This document shows positions 51,316 to 61,873 of a DNA stretch of 64,000 nt, one piece after another (positions within the stretch are counted from its first letter, which is position 1; each line of letters opens with the position of its first letter). The stretch is taken from positions 32,001-96,000 of the forward strand of contig JAEOTA010000054.1 of the NCBI GenBank assembly GCA_016840085.1, read 5' to 3'. A program made the position numbers and the translations under genes. The notes under the pieces are model-generated. The model ran no database searches. It was not told the origin of the DNA and saw only the letters and a program-made list of their open reading frames with translations. Source of the DNA: Promethearchaeota archaeon. Its GTDB lineage: Archaea; Asgardarchaeota; Lokiarchaeia; Sigyniarchaeales; SOKP01.

Positions 51316-52701
51316 TTAAGTTATATTACGGAAATCTGTAATAATTTTTTGAAGTTTTTCAAGTAAATTATTAATTTCTGTGTAAGCTTCTCTAAGTGGC
51401 TGTAGTTCTAAGCTTATTTTTTCAATTTTTTCATTAAAATTATTCTCAAGTGGTGAAATTGATTTTTTAAGTCCTTTCTCTAAATTTTGAATAATAGATT
51501 TTAGATCATTATCAGTTGAAGAGATAGATGATTCCAATTTATTAACTAATTCTTCCATATTCGAGTTTTGTAGGAGGTTATCTGTTATTTTGTCTGTGAT
51601 TGTTTTATTTAAATTATCCATATCAGTTTTAAGATATTTTATGTTATCATCAACATTATTAGTCAATTCACAAATAAGATTCTCCTTGGCTTGAGCTGTA
51701 TCGATTATTAATTGCTTTTGTATTTCAACTGGACCCTCTACATATTTTGAGACACCTCCTTTAAAATCGCCTACAATATTATCCATATTTCTGTTAAACC
51801 ATTCATCTGCTCTTAAAAAACCAGAAGATATCGATTCTTTTAATTTATTTACAGATTCTACCATTAATTCATTTCCGTTCGAAGAACCTTTATCTATATC
51901 ATTAATCCACTTACTAATTTGAGATTTCAATGAGTTCATAAGAATTTCAGAGAACTTTCCGAATCCGTTTTGAAAACTTGAAATTGCAGCTGATACTTCT
52001 GAGTATTTTTCTAATTCATCTCCTCCTAATAAACCTTTCTCAGCCACTGGAATTTCCTGAAGATCTTCTGTAATTACTTCTTTCATTTCCTTTATTTCTT
52101 TAATTAAAATAGGATTTCTTTTATGAAAATCTTCCATAAATTTTTGAACCCATTTAAAATATTCTAATGTCGCAGGTATCTCAACTTCATAAGCAACTTC
52201 ATGATACTTATCAGGAATTTTATAGTCATCTAACCTATAAATTTCAAATCCAAGATTTCCATCTTTACTCATTAAGGTATGATCGAATACTATTCCAAAA
52301 CCATATGGGGCTTTTTCATTTTGAAAGTATTGTAGATTTCTTTTATCGCTTTCGCTTAAATATAATCCCCATGAAGGATGCGAGTGGTAGTATCCTATAA
52401 TTTCTCCAGAATACTGCTTTCCCAAATTGGAAAACAATTCATAGTCTTCTCTGTCAAATCCTACTTCTACAGTACCACCGTGAGTTACAGGCACTGCATT
52501 TTCCATAATAACCTTATCTTCATTTGGATCATAATTACCAATACAAATTCCCATTACTTCTTTACTTTTTTCTATTGCTTTATGGCCAAATCGTAGGACA
52601 TGGCTTATCATGTTTCGAAGTGCTTCTTTTGTTATGAAAATTTTACCCTTTTCTGAAATTTTATGTTCATTAAGCGTATCATTTAAATCATTGTTTGACA
52701 T
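51316..52701 (-). CDS. JAMM/MPN+ metalloprotease (Rpn11/CSN5-like) with a long C-terminal coiled coil
   Basis: EVMGICIG; GYYHSHPSWGLYLSESD is an intact E..HxHx7SxxD. Confidence 0.88.
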   Translation of the reverse strand: MSNNDLNDTLNEHKISEKGKIFITKEALRNMISHVLRFGHKAIEKSKEVMGICIGNYDPNEDKVIMENAVPVTHGGTVEVGFDREDYELFSNLGKQYSGEIIGYYHSHPSWGLYLSESDKRNLQYFQNEKAPYGFGIVFDHTLMSKDGNLGFEIYRLDDYKIPDKYHEVAYEVEIPATLEYFKWVQKFMEDFHKRNPILIKEIKEMKEVITEDLQEIPVAEKGLLGGDELEKYSEVSAAISSFQNGFGKFSEILMNSLKSQISKWINDIDKGSSNGNELMVESVNKLKESISSGFLRADEWFNRNMDNIVGDFKGGVSKYVEGPVEIQKQLIIDTAQAKENLICELTNNVDDNIKYLKTDMDNLNKTITDKITDNLLQNSNMEELVNKLESSISSTDNDLKSIIQNLEKGLKKSISPLENNFNEKIEKISLELQPLREAYTEINNLLEKLQKIITDFRNIT

Positions 52702-52705
52702 TTTC

Positions 52706-54193
52706 TTATTGTCCTCCTTCCAATTTTTTAAGTTTTTTTAAGAGATTTTCATTTTCAGTCCTTAAATCTTTTATATTCTTTTGAAGGCTCTTATTTTCTG
52801 TTTCTAATGTATCTATTTTATTCTTTATAGGATTCTTTGAACTTTCTAATACTATTATAGCTGCTTTTAAATCTGATAAAAAACTTTTTGTTTCTTTATT
52901 TAAATTTATGAAATTCCCAACAATTTTATTAGTATTTTTGACAACTTTAGCTAATAATTCCTCTTGAAGAGAATTAATTTTATCTAGCGTTATATTTTCA
53001 ATTGTTCTAATTTTCTCAGAATTTTTATCCAATGTGGCAAATTGATTTTTTAGTTTTTCAGAAAGTAATGATGTTTTCGTTCCTATTTTTGCGAATTGAT
53101 CTGTTGTTTGTTCAAAAGAACTCAACATTTGACCTAAAGAGTTTCTTAATTTTGTTTCAAGTAAATCATTCAATTGATCCTTAAGTTCTAAAATAAATTG
53201 ATTAAATTGCTCTTTAAGTTTTTCTTGATCTTCTCCAAATTCTTCAAATTTATCATCAATATACATATCAAGTTCATTTAATTTATCTTTGAACGAAAAT
53301 TTAAGTTCCTTTTGTAAATTTGAAATCCCTTTATTAATATTTTCTTTTATTGTAAGCAAATTAATTCTCATCTGAAAATTATTTTCGACAATATTCTTTA
53401 TTATATCTTTACTCCACGAATTTAGAAATGAAATCAATGGGTTAATTGATAGATCAATAAATTTAGACAGTCCGTTATGGATTGCTGAGATTATTTCTTC
53501 TACATTAAGTTCTGGTCTTTTAGCTCTAAGTTGTTCCTCACTTGGAAAGGCAATATCTCCAAATAGATCTGGCATCTCATTAATTTCTAAAATAGGAGGT
53601 TCTTTAGTATGTATACTGCCAATTAAATCCATCAATTTCAAATAATATTCTTTATCATCAGGAGGTTCTACTATTGTTTTAACTTCATAATAACCCTCTG
53701 AGGGTTTTGAAGGATTATTTAATCTAAATGTGCGAAATCCTAAATCTCCTGGTTTTTCTAAATAAGTATGATCAAATACTATCCCTATTCCACTAGGATT
53801 GAAGTCAGTTTGCCACCCAAGCTGATTCTTTACATCTGTGCTTGAAAAAAATATATCTAAGCCCGGATGGCTGTGGAACCATCCACAACTAAATAACCCT
53901 TTATCAATATATTCGTTGTCAACCATAGAAAATGTTACGTAATCTTCTGGAGCAAAATCAACTTCAATTGACCCTCCATGGGAGATGGGAACAGCATCTT
54001 CTATTATAACATCTCTTATTCCTTTTTTATCAGGTTCACCCTCTTCTAATCTCCCGATCAGTATTCCCATTACTTCACGATACTGCCCTCGCTCTATAAC
54101 TTTATTTCCAAATCTTAGCACATGAATAAGCATTTTATAATATGCATTTGGTTTGATAATAACAACCTTTTCATCAGAAGTCAATTTAATCAC
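52706..54193 (-). CDS. JAMM/MPN+ metalloprotease with a long C-terminal coiled coil
   Basis: EVMGILIG; GWFHSHPGLDIFFSSTD intact. Confidence 0.88.
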   Translation of the reverse strand: MIKLTSDEKVVIIKPNAYYKMLIHVLRFGNKVIERGQYREVMGILIGRLEEGEPDKKGIRDVIIEDAVPISHGGSIEVDFAPEDYVTFSMVDNEYIDKGLFSCGWFHSHPGLDIFFSSTDVKNQLGWQTDFNPSGIGIVFDHTYLEKPGDLGFRTFRLNNPSKPSEGYYEVKTIVEPPDDKEYYLKLMDLIGSIHTKEPPILEINEMPDLFGDIAFPSEEQLRAKRPELNVEEIISAIHNGLSKFIDLSINPLISFLNSWSKDIIKNIVENNFQMRINLLTIKENINKGISNLQKELKFSFKDKLNELDMYIDDKFEEFGEDQEKLKEQFNQFILELKDQLNDLLETKLRNSLGQMLSSFEQTTDQFAKIGTKTSLLSEKLKNQFATLDKNSEKIRTIENITLDKINSLQEELLAKVVKNTNKIVGNFINLNKETKSFLSDLKAAIIVLESSKNPIKNKIDTLETENKSLQKNIKDLRTENENLLKKLKKLEGGQ

Positions 54194-54392
54194 GTTTTAT
54201 AAAAGATTGAGATATAGTTTGTTAATGATATTATATATGATTTTATTGATTTTAAATATTTGAATAAAAAGTTTGAAATTTATTTTTTAATTTTGGCAAT
54301 TATATAATTTTCTAATCCAAATGAAATTCAAACTAATATCAAATTTCTCTAACTAGAATTAAAGTGAATAAGTAGAACCATTAAAAATATAT

Positions 54393-55046
54393 TTAATCAT
54401 GTTCGGGCAGAGGTCTTCCGCAGAAAGGGCAGAATCTAAATCCTAAGTCTTTACCACAAAAAGGGCAAAATTCCTTCTCTGAGCCTGCTTGAACTTGTGT
54501 TTCACCACCAACTTTTGGGATTGAAGGCAATTCTCGGGATGTTCTTATCGTTGTAGCTGATGAAGCTTGAGGTTGTTCACTTCTCGCAGCTACCCTCTCT
54601 TTAAAGGCTTGCCTTTGTTCTTTATCAATTTCTTGTTGGGACTTTATACTATCTCCTTTTACCCAACCTTGAACTTTTGGTCTCTTTAATTCACTTTCAG
54701 GAACTTTTTCTAATTCAATATCTCTAGTTTCTGATACAGGAGCCATCATTTTCCTTTGTTCTTTTTTCTGAATTGCTTGTTTAACTAAAGCTTGGGTTGT
54801 TTTCATTACTTGATGTGGATTTATATTGGGAATTGCAACAGTCCTTAATACCCACCCTACTACTAAATTTTGATTCGGAAAATTACCTTCAACATCCTCA
54901 TCCTTAAAAACATAGGAATCGATTATATCTCTCCCTTTTAACAAGCGAACTGCCCATTTCTCATTGATAAGTCCTAGTTGAAGCCTATAGCTAGTCCCAG
55001 GCACGCCAAGCTGACTTGTCAATGGCTCAAATCCTCTTTCTGTCAA
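54393..55046 (-). CDS. Hypothetical protein with a C-terminal double zinc ribbon
   Basis: FCPFCGKDLGFRFCPFCG; compact N-terminal domain and low-complexity linker. Confidence 0.75.
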   Translation of the reverse strand: MTERGFEPLTSQLGVPGTSYRLQLGLINEKWAVRLLKGRDIIDSYVFKDEDVEGNFPNQNLVVGWVLRTVAIPNINPHQVMKTTQALVKQAIQKKEQRKMMAPVSETRDIELEKVPESELKRPKVQGWVKGDSIKSQQEIDKEQRQAFKERVAARSEQPQASSATTIRTSRELPSIPKVGGETQVQAGSEKEFCPFCGKDLGFRFCPFCGRPLPEHD

Positions 55047-55300
55047 TATCCTTCACTTTTTAGATATTAATATTTTGAATTTAGTAATATTATAATGGTG
55101 GTTTTCGAATTTAAATTATTATTTGTTTTATATTTTTTAACATTAAAAATTTTATCTGTTAACCTTCTTCTGAACACATGAGAATTTGTATCTAAATTTT
55201 AAAAACCATTATCTAATAAAAAAGACATAAATAGAAAAATTTGTATTAATTTGTAAAGCACCATTTAGATATTAAATTAAAAAAAAAGATCTAGTATAAG

Positions 55301-56257
55301 ATGACTGTAATTATTCCAAAAAAGGCATATAAAGCTATTGTAGCAGCCTCAGTGCGGTTCGCTAATGCAAGAATTCCTAAAGATGATTGGCTTGAAGTAA
55401 GTGGTATTTTTACAGGTAGAAATGAGGGAGATGATGTTATCATTACTGAAGTATGCCCTATCATGCATCAAGAATTAGATAAAAATGCCATTATTGATCA
55501 ATATAAGTGGAGCGATGAAGATTATGAAGCTTTATATATAATTGATGAACAAGCCTTTTCAAGAGATCCACTGGAATTTGTAGTTGGTTGGTGGCATTCA
55601 CACCCTGGATTTAAAGTCATGATGTCTCATATCGATATTCGTACTACCTTATCTTATCAACAAAATAATCCTTTAGCAATTTCTCTTGTTTTTAATCCTC
55701 AAAGATTAGTTCGCCAAATTGAAGTTGCAGAGAAAAAAGGAGATCCAGATAAGCAACTTAGGAATGATCCTGGGTTTAAAATATTTAGATTGGATGACAC
55801 AAGTCGCGGTATAGAAGCTTCATATCATACAGTAGATTATCGTATAGAAGATTATGACAGTATGGAACAATTGGTATCTTTCACACAAAAATTCATAGTG
55901 GATGTTACTAATTTATTTCCAAATGAAAAAATACCTCAAACTTATGAACAGATTATTGATGATAAAGTAAACCAATTAAGCTCATTAATATTAGGGACAG
56001 AAGAGTATTTAACCACTCTCTCTAGAAGTGGAGAAACTCATAGAATTCCAGAAGTATTACAGAATCAAACTCAAGAAATTCTTAAATTTGTAGATCAAAC
56101 TAATAAAAAAATCGAAGAAATTAAGGAACTTATGGATTTCTTGGAATATAAAGAAAAAGAAATAGTTATCTCCCAAGTAGAAACCATTTTATCAAAATGG
56201 TATGATGCAATTAAAGGATTAGATAAAAGATTGAAGGAATTATCTAAGAAATTTTAA
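55301..56257 (+). CDS. JAMM/MPN+ metalloprotease with a C-terminal helical bundle
   Basis: LEVSGIFTG; VVGWWHSHPGFKVMMSHID intact. Confidence 0.88.
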   Translation: MTVIIPKKAYKAIVAASVRFANARIPKDDWLEVSGIFTGRNEGDDVIITEVCPIMHQELDKNAIIDQYKWSDEDYEALYIIDEQAFSRDPLEFVVGWWHSHPGFKVMMSHIDIRTTLSYQQNNPLAISLVFNPQRLVRQIEVAEKKGDPDKQLRNDPGFKIFRLDDTSRGIEASYHTVDYRIEDYDSMEQLVSFTQKFIVDVTNLFPNEKIPQTYEQIIDDKVNQLSSLILGTEEYLTTLSRSGETHRIPEVLQNQTQEILKFVDQTNKKIEEIKELMDFLEYKEKEIVISQVETILSKWYDAIKGLDKRLKELSKKF

Positions 56258-56384
56258 ATTCCATAATAATTTTAATCTTATTTTTAATTTTGATATATTT
56301 TTATTTGATTACACTTTTCTTTGATTAAGTATACGTTTATTTTTAAAATAAATATCGGAGTATTTTTGCAATACAGTCATTATC

Positions 56385-58592
56385 ATGAAAAAGATTAATT
56401 TTCCCTATACCGCAATCCTTGGACAAGATAAAATGAAGATGGGGTTAGTATTGAATGTTATTGACCCTCAGATAGGAGGCGTTTTGCTTACAGGCCATCA
56501 AGGCACGGGAAAAAGCACAGCTGTAAGAAGTCTCGTCGAATTGATGCCACAAATTGAGGTTATTAAGGGATGTGAATTCTCATGTGATCCTAATTCAGAT
56601 ATAGATGATTTATGTGAGAATTGTATAGAAAAAAAAGGAAAAGAGAAAATTGAAACTGAATTCAGGGATATGTGGTTAGTCAATTTGCCACTAGGTGTCA
56701 CTGAAGATATGGTTTGTGGATCTTTATCTATTGATAAAGTGCTTACTGAGGGAATAAGAGCTTTACATCCCGGATTATTAGCAAAAGCAAACCGAGGTAT
56801 TTTATATGTAGATGAAATAAATTTACTTCAAGATCATATTGTTGACGTATTATTAGATTCTGCTGCTTCAGGAGTTAATATAATAGAAAGAGAAGGAATT
56901 TCTGTGTCCCATCCCTCTAGATTTGTTCTTGTGGGAAGTATGAATCCCGAAGAAGGGGATTTAAGGCCACAAATAGCGGATCGCCTAGGTTTAGAGGTTA
57001 AGATAAAAGCACCTCGCGACTCAGAATTACGTGCTGAAATAACTAGGAGAGTAATCAGTTTTGATGATAACCCAAAAGAATTTATTAAAAATTTTGAAGA
57101 GGAACAAGAAAAATTGAGACAAAAGATTATTAATGCTCGAAAAATCCTAAAAGAAGTCCAAATTCCAAGTTCAGTTTATGAATTTGTGTCTAGAATTGTA
57201 AGTGAGTTAGAAATCTTTTCTCAAAGAGCAGATATTACCTTTATTAGATGTGCTAGAGCCCATGCTGCTCTTAATGCTCGAATAGTTATGAATGAAGAGG
57301 ATTTAAATGTCGCAATGGATTTGGTATTTGAACATAGGATTCAATCTCTTCACTATGAAATGACACCAAAAGAAATTAAAGCAAAAATCGCTGAGGTCTA
57401 TGGGAAAATAAGAGAAGCATATGAGAATACAAAAGTTCTTCGTCCTAATAAAGAGACAGAAGGTCCTTTAAAACATTCAGACGAACCCCAAAAAGAATTT
57501 AAACGCCAATCAGTTGATCCCGACAAAGTAGATATTCCAGAGTCAAAAGAACAGAAATTACCTCCCCCAAAATACCCTGATAATAGAAAGAGAAATCCTA
57601 AACCCGCTGGAGGATGGAAAGTAAAAAATATTCCATATGCGGAAGATGATTTTAAATTTTTTGAAGTAAAAAATGGAGTATCACCCTTCATCTATAAAAT
57701 GGAAAAAAAGATGACCTCAATCTTAGATAATATTAGAAAAGATCGAAAAATTTCTGATTATGGGGGGAGAGGTATAGGTCGCAGAATTAAAGTCTCCTCC
57801 TCTCAAAAAGGTAGATATATTTCTTATAGAACACCAATACGTGAGCAACCCAAAAGAATCGCTTTAGATGCGACTATCAGGAATTATCTAAAAAATATAG
57901 TATATAATAAGACTGAAATTGATTTTCCTATTCATTTTAATAAATATGATTTAATGGATAAAATCTACGAATATCGAGCTCCATTAGCTCTTTTCTTTGT
58001 TCTCGATAGTTCCGCATCAATGTATTATGTACTAAAACAAATGACAGATGTAATACTTTCTTTACATCGTGAAGGATACAGAAAACGAGATAAAATAGCA
58101 TTAATAATTTTTCGTGGTAAAAATGCAATCGTATTACAGAAACCGACTGTTAATTTTAAGATGGCTGTTAATAAATTGAAAAAAATCGAGGGTAAGTCAT
58201 ATACTCCAATGGCTGCAGCATTAAAAAAGGTATCAGAGCTAATAAAAGTTGAAAAATTGAAGGATAGAAACATTATACCTATTGTTTTTGTATGTAGTGA
58301 TTGTGGAGCGAACATATCAGTTAAATATCCTAATTTGATCGCCCAGACAGAAAGCGACTATATTTTAATTACAAATGAATTAAAAGAACTGACTAAAAAG
58401 ATAAATAAACAGAAAATACATCTAGTGGTTTTGGAGCCTAAGAAATCCTATGCAACACACGCGCTTGGTGTGCATACTTATTCTGCAGATCAAATTAAAA
58501 AGAATTTTAAGAAATATGCCAATGGTCAGATTTACAAGTTCAACAAATATGATCCTAACTCATTAATTTTAGAATTGAAGAAAATACTTTAA
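56385..58592 (+). CDS. ChlI/ChlD-like (Mg/Co chelatase family) AAA+ ATPase fused to a vWA domain
   Basis: FPYTAILGQ, GHQGTGKST, TEDMVCGS, PGLLAKANRGILYVDEINLL, SMNPEEG, Pro-rich linker, MIDAS DSSASM. Confidence 0.9.
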   Translation: MKKINFPYTAILGQDKMKMGLVLNVIDPQIGGVLLTGHQGTGKSTAVRSLVELMPQIEVIKGCEFSCDPNSDIDDLCENCIEKKGKEKIETEFRDMWLVNLPLGVTEDMVCGSLSIDKVLTEGIRALHPGLLAKANRGILYVDEINLLQDHIVDVLLDSAASGVNIIEREGISVSHPSRFVLVGSMNPEEGDLRPQIADRLGLEVKIKAPRDSELRAEITRRVISFDDNPKEFIKNFEEEQEKLRQKIINARKILKEVQIPSSVYEFVSRIVSELEIFSQRADITFIRCARAHAALNARIVMNEEDLNVAMDLVFEHRIQSLHYEMTPKEIKAKIAEVYGKIREAYENTKVLRPNKETEGPLKHSDEPQKEFKRQSVDPDKVDIPESKEQKLPPPKYPDNRKRNPKPAGGWKVKNIPYAEDDFKFFEVKNGVSPFIYKMEKKMTSILDNIRKDRKISDYGGRGIGRRIKVSSSQKGRYISYRTPIREQPKRIALDATIRNYLKNIVYNKTEIDFPIHFNKYDLMDKIYEYRAPLALFFVLDSSASMYYVLKQMTDVILSLHREGYRKRDKIALIIFRGKNAIVLQKPTVNFKMAVNKLKKIEGKSYTPMAAALKKVSELIKVEKLKDRNIIPIVFVCSDCGANISVKYPNLIAQTESDYILITNELKELTKKINKQKIHLVVLEPKKSYATHALGVHTYSADQIKKNFKKYANGQIYKFNKYDPNSLILELKKIL

Positions 58593-58634
58593 ATATAAAA
58601 AACTGCTTTAAGTTTTTATTCGTATATTTATATA

Positions 58635-59876
58635 ATGGCTAATAAATCAGTCTCAGTTCTTGTTGTTGGATTTAATACTCGTCCTTTAGCTTATTCCTTA
58701 AATAAAGCGGGATATGATGTTTATGCTGTAGATTTTTTTGGTGATTTAGATTTATATCCATATGTAAAAGATTCTATTGTAGTTGTAAATGCTTTAAGTA
58801 GTAATTACAATTCATTGAAAGATAAATATAGTAAATTTTTAGCACATTATACGTTACAATTACATAGTAAACATCGGGATGTACAGTTTTTATTAATTGG
58901 GAGTGGTTTAGATGATGATTATGAAGGAAGACAACTTATTTTAGATGAAATTAAGACATCCAATACAAAAAGTGTCAATAATGATCCAGAGATTATTAAA
59001 AAGGCAAGAAATATTGAATTAATTTTTGAATTTTTAAAATCTCGTGGTTATAAAATTCCAAGATCTTATTCATTCGAAAAATTTCAATCGAAACAATACA
59101 ACATGGAATATCCTTTTATCTTAAAAAAAAAAAGAAGTGCTGGTGGCATTAATGTTTTTAAATTAGAAGATAAAACGACTTTAATTTCTCAACTAGAAAT
59201 TTTAGAAAAGAAAAAATTTATCCCATCAGAATGGTTGATTCAAGAATATATACACGGGATTCCCATTAGTTGTACGACAATTTCAAATGGGAAAAAATGT
59301 GAAATTATTTCAATCAATCGTCAAATCATTGGAGAAGAATATCTTAATCCACCAAAAATGTTTATGTATTGCGGAAACATTGTACCTGCTGGACTTTTAA
59401 AAGAGGAAGAAAGAATTATTTCTGAGATATCTATTATTTTAACCAAAGAGTTAGGATTAAAAGGAATTAATGGATTTGATTTTGTATTAAAGGACCATTA
59501 TCCTTTTTTTATGGAATGTAATCCAAGAATCCCTGGCTCAATTAGAGCTTCAGAATCAGCGCTTAATTTGAACTTAATGGATTTACATATAAAAAGCTTT
59601 ATACCTAAAGAATGGAGAAATATCAAAAAATTGATTAAATCAGCGAAACCTAATACTGTTGCAACAAAGTTAATCTATTTTGCCCCAAAAGAAATTGATA
59701 AAAGCTTTTTACTAAAAATTAATAATTTAGAATGTATCCATGATAAATCTGAACCAACTAAAAACATTTTGAAGGGTGAACCTTTATGTACTATTTTATA
59801 TATCTCAAAAAGTTTCTCTGAATCTTTTAATGGAGCGAAAAAGATAGTAAATCAAATAGAAAGTATTATTGAATGA
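58635..59876 (+). CDS. ATP-grasp superfamily carboligase (COG2232-like)
   Basis: DFFGDLDL, GSGLD, PFILKK..SAGG, QEYIHG, YCGN, GINGFDF, ECNPRIPG. Confidence 0.82.
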   Translation: MANKSVSVLVVGFNTRPLAYSLNKAGYDVYAVDFFGDLDLYPYVKDSIVVVNALSSNYNSLKDKYSKFLAHYTLQLHSKHRDVQFLLIGSGLDDDYEGRQLILDEIKTSNTKSVNNDPEIIKKARNIELIFEFLKSRGYKIPRSYSFEKFQSKQYNMEYPFILKKKRSAGGINVFKLEDKTTLISQLEILEKKKFIPSEWLIQEYIHGIPISCTTISNGKKCEIISINRQIIGEEYLNPPKMFMYCGNIVPAGLLKEEERIISEISIILTKELGLKGINGFDFVLKDHYPFFMECNPRIPGSIRASESALNLNLMDLHIKSFIPKEWRNIKKLIKSAKPNTVATKLIYFAPKEIDKSFLLKINNLECIHDKSEPTKNILKGEPLCTILYISKSFSESFNGAKKIVNQIESIIE

Positions 59877-60603
59877 TTGCTTTAATTTTCGCAATTATTT
59901 GCCCTAATTTCCTTTCGTCTGATTCAGGAACAGCAAGAGCTAATATTCTATTTTCATCTAAATCATGGATGATTACAGAACCATTTTCACCTCCAATTAT
60001 GGAATATTCCATTCCGCTTTCTAATAGGACTCCTGATAAGTTATATAGAGCAGCAATCATAGCTGAAAGTATTGGTTCTGCCATTGTTGATTGAATTTTA
60101 ATGGGTAATCCATCTTTGGTAATAATTGCTAATACAAGTGTATTCGGAATTGCTCTTTTAAGTCCTTTAAATATCTCTTCCTTTAGAATATCTGAAGTTT
60201 CTATTATAGCTGAAATTTGGAGAGCCAATTTTTGTAATTTAATTATATAAGTCTCTAATCCTTCAAGTTCTGCTAATTCTCGATTTAAATGCGTTATCAT
60301 AGTAATATTTTCTGTTAGTATAGAGAGCACAATTAAATCTTTTCCCGTAATCAAATTATACGCTACATCTTGATTTAAGGTATCTTTTAACATTTTTGAT
60401 GATAGGAATACAAGACTGCTATTAGCTGCTGTGATTTCTCCCTCCGTCATTCTAACTGACTTTTTAAACTTACTTGCAACTTTGGTGCCCTCAGGTGTTC
60501 CAATATTAATCCCTAATATTGCTGATGATGATTCAAGCTCCTTATCTATTAATTCGGATATGTCTGACTCTAGTTCTGCAATTATTTTTTCTTGGTCTTC
60601 CAT
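59866..60603 (-). CDS. Tandem Roadblock/LC7 domain protein
   Basis: Two roughly 120-aa repeats: INIGTPEGTKVAS...ITAA and LAIITKDGLPIKI...LSAMIAAL. Confidence 0.7.
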   Translation of the reverse strand: MEDQEKIIAELESDISELIDKELESSSAILGINIGTPEGTKVASKFKKSVRMTEGEITAANSSLVFLSSKMLKDTLNQDVAYNLITGKDLIVLSILTENITMITHLNRELAELEGLETYIIKLQKLALQISAIIETSDILKEEIFKGLKRAIPNTLVLAIITKDGLPIKIQSTMAEPILSAMIAALYNLSGVLLESGMEYSIIGGENGSVIIHDLDENRILALAVPESDERKLGQIIAKIKAIIQ

Positions 60604-60701
60604 GAATGAATATATGTTTATTTGAAAATAAAAAGATATTCTAATAATTAAGTAATAATATTAAGATTATACGAATGAAGAATAATTAGAATCCCAATAT
60701 A

Positions 60702-61823
60702 ATGGAGTCTAAAGCAAGTCACTTTGTAATAATTCTAGCTGCGGGTTATGCTACAAGATTAAGACCACTTTCAGACAAAATCCCAAAACCATTAATAGAT
60801 ATTAACGGAAAAAGCATAATCTCTCGAATAATAGCAAATTTTAGAGAAGCAGGATTTACTAAGTTTTGTATTGTATTAGGGTATAAGAAGGAAGCGATAA
60901 AAAAAGAAATATTAAAAAATAAAGATTTAGAAATACTTTTTGTAGAACAAAAGCACTTAGTTGGAATGGCGGATGCGATACTATTAAGCATAAACCATAT
61001 AACTCAAAATGTAAATAGTATTACTAATTTTTTCATAACAGCTGCAGATATACTTTTCTCAAAAAATAAGATAATTCAAATGTTCAACCTTTATAAAAAT
61101 TCTAACGCAGACATAATCTTAAGTCTAATGAAATCACATGATATTGAGATAGCAAAAGGACATGGAAATGTTGAAATTTCAAATGATTCAGATGAGGTTA
61201 ATGATACAGATCCTACTCGTGGACTGATTATTACTGATGTTATTGAGAAACCAAAAGCTCACCAAATTTTAAGCGTGTATTATTCTTTACCTCTTTACTT
61301 GGTTAATCAAAAAATAGTAAATTATTTAGAAACAATTAAAATTTCTAAACGAGGCGAAAAAGAATTCCAAGATGCGATAAAGAAAGCGATAATTCAGGGT
61401 GATAACATTCGAGGAATAAACATTATCAAACATTTGATTACACAGAACAATATAGGTCAATATCATTTAACCAATTTAAAGGATCTTATTAGAATGAACA
61501 AAAGATTCTTAAAAGATTCGGTTAGTGGGAAAATTAAAAATAAATCAATAAAGATTGTTGAACCCGTTAGAGTTAATCATGATGTTATTATTGATAATAA
61601 TGTTTTATTAGGCCCTTATGTTATTATCGGTAAAAATTGCAAAATTGGAAAGCATTCTAAATTATCAAATGTGATACTTTTCGATAAGGTAGACATTGGG
61701 AATTATTGTGAATTAAACTGGTGTATTTTAGATGAAAATGTAACCTTATCAGATAATTCATGCCTGAAAGATTGTTTCATAACAAAAAATGAAAAAAACC
61801 AATTGGAAATAATAAATTTTTAA
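60702..61823 (+). CDS. NDP-sugar pyrophosphorylase with a C-terminal LbH domain
   Basis: ILAAGYATRLRPLS..PKPL, EKP, S.RGEKE..DA, hexapeptide repeats. Confidence 0.88.
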   Translation: MESKASHFVIILAAGYATRLRPLSDKIPKPLIDINGKSIISRIIANFREAGFTKFCIVLGYKKEAIKKEILKNKDLEILFVEQKHLVGMADAILLSINHITQNVNSITNFFITAADILFSKNKIIQMFNLYKNSNADIILSLMKSHDIEIAKGHGNVEISNDSDEVNDTDPTRGLIITDVIEKPKAHQILSVYYSLPLYLVNQKIVNYLETIKISKRGEKEFQDAIKKAIIQGDNIRGINIIKHLITQNNIGQYHLTNLKDLIRMNKRFLKDSVSGKIKNKSIKIVEPVRVNHDVIIDNNVLLGPYVIIGKNCKIGKHSKLSNVILFDKVDIGNYCELNWCILDENVTLSDNSCLKDCFITKNEKNQLEIINF

Positions 61824-61873
61824 ATTCAAATCGTTATAGTAAAAATATAGAATAAAAAATATTGTGATTTTTT

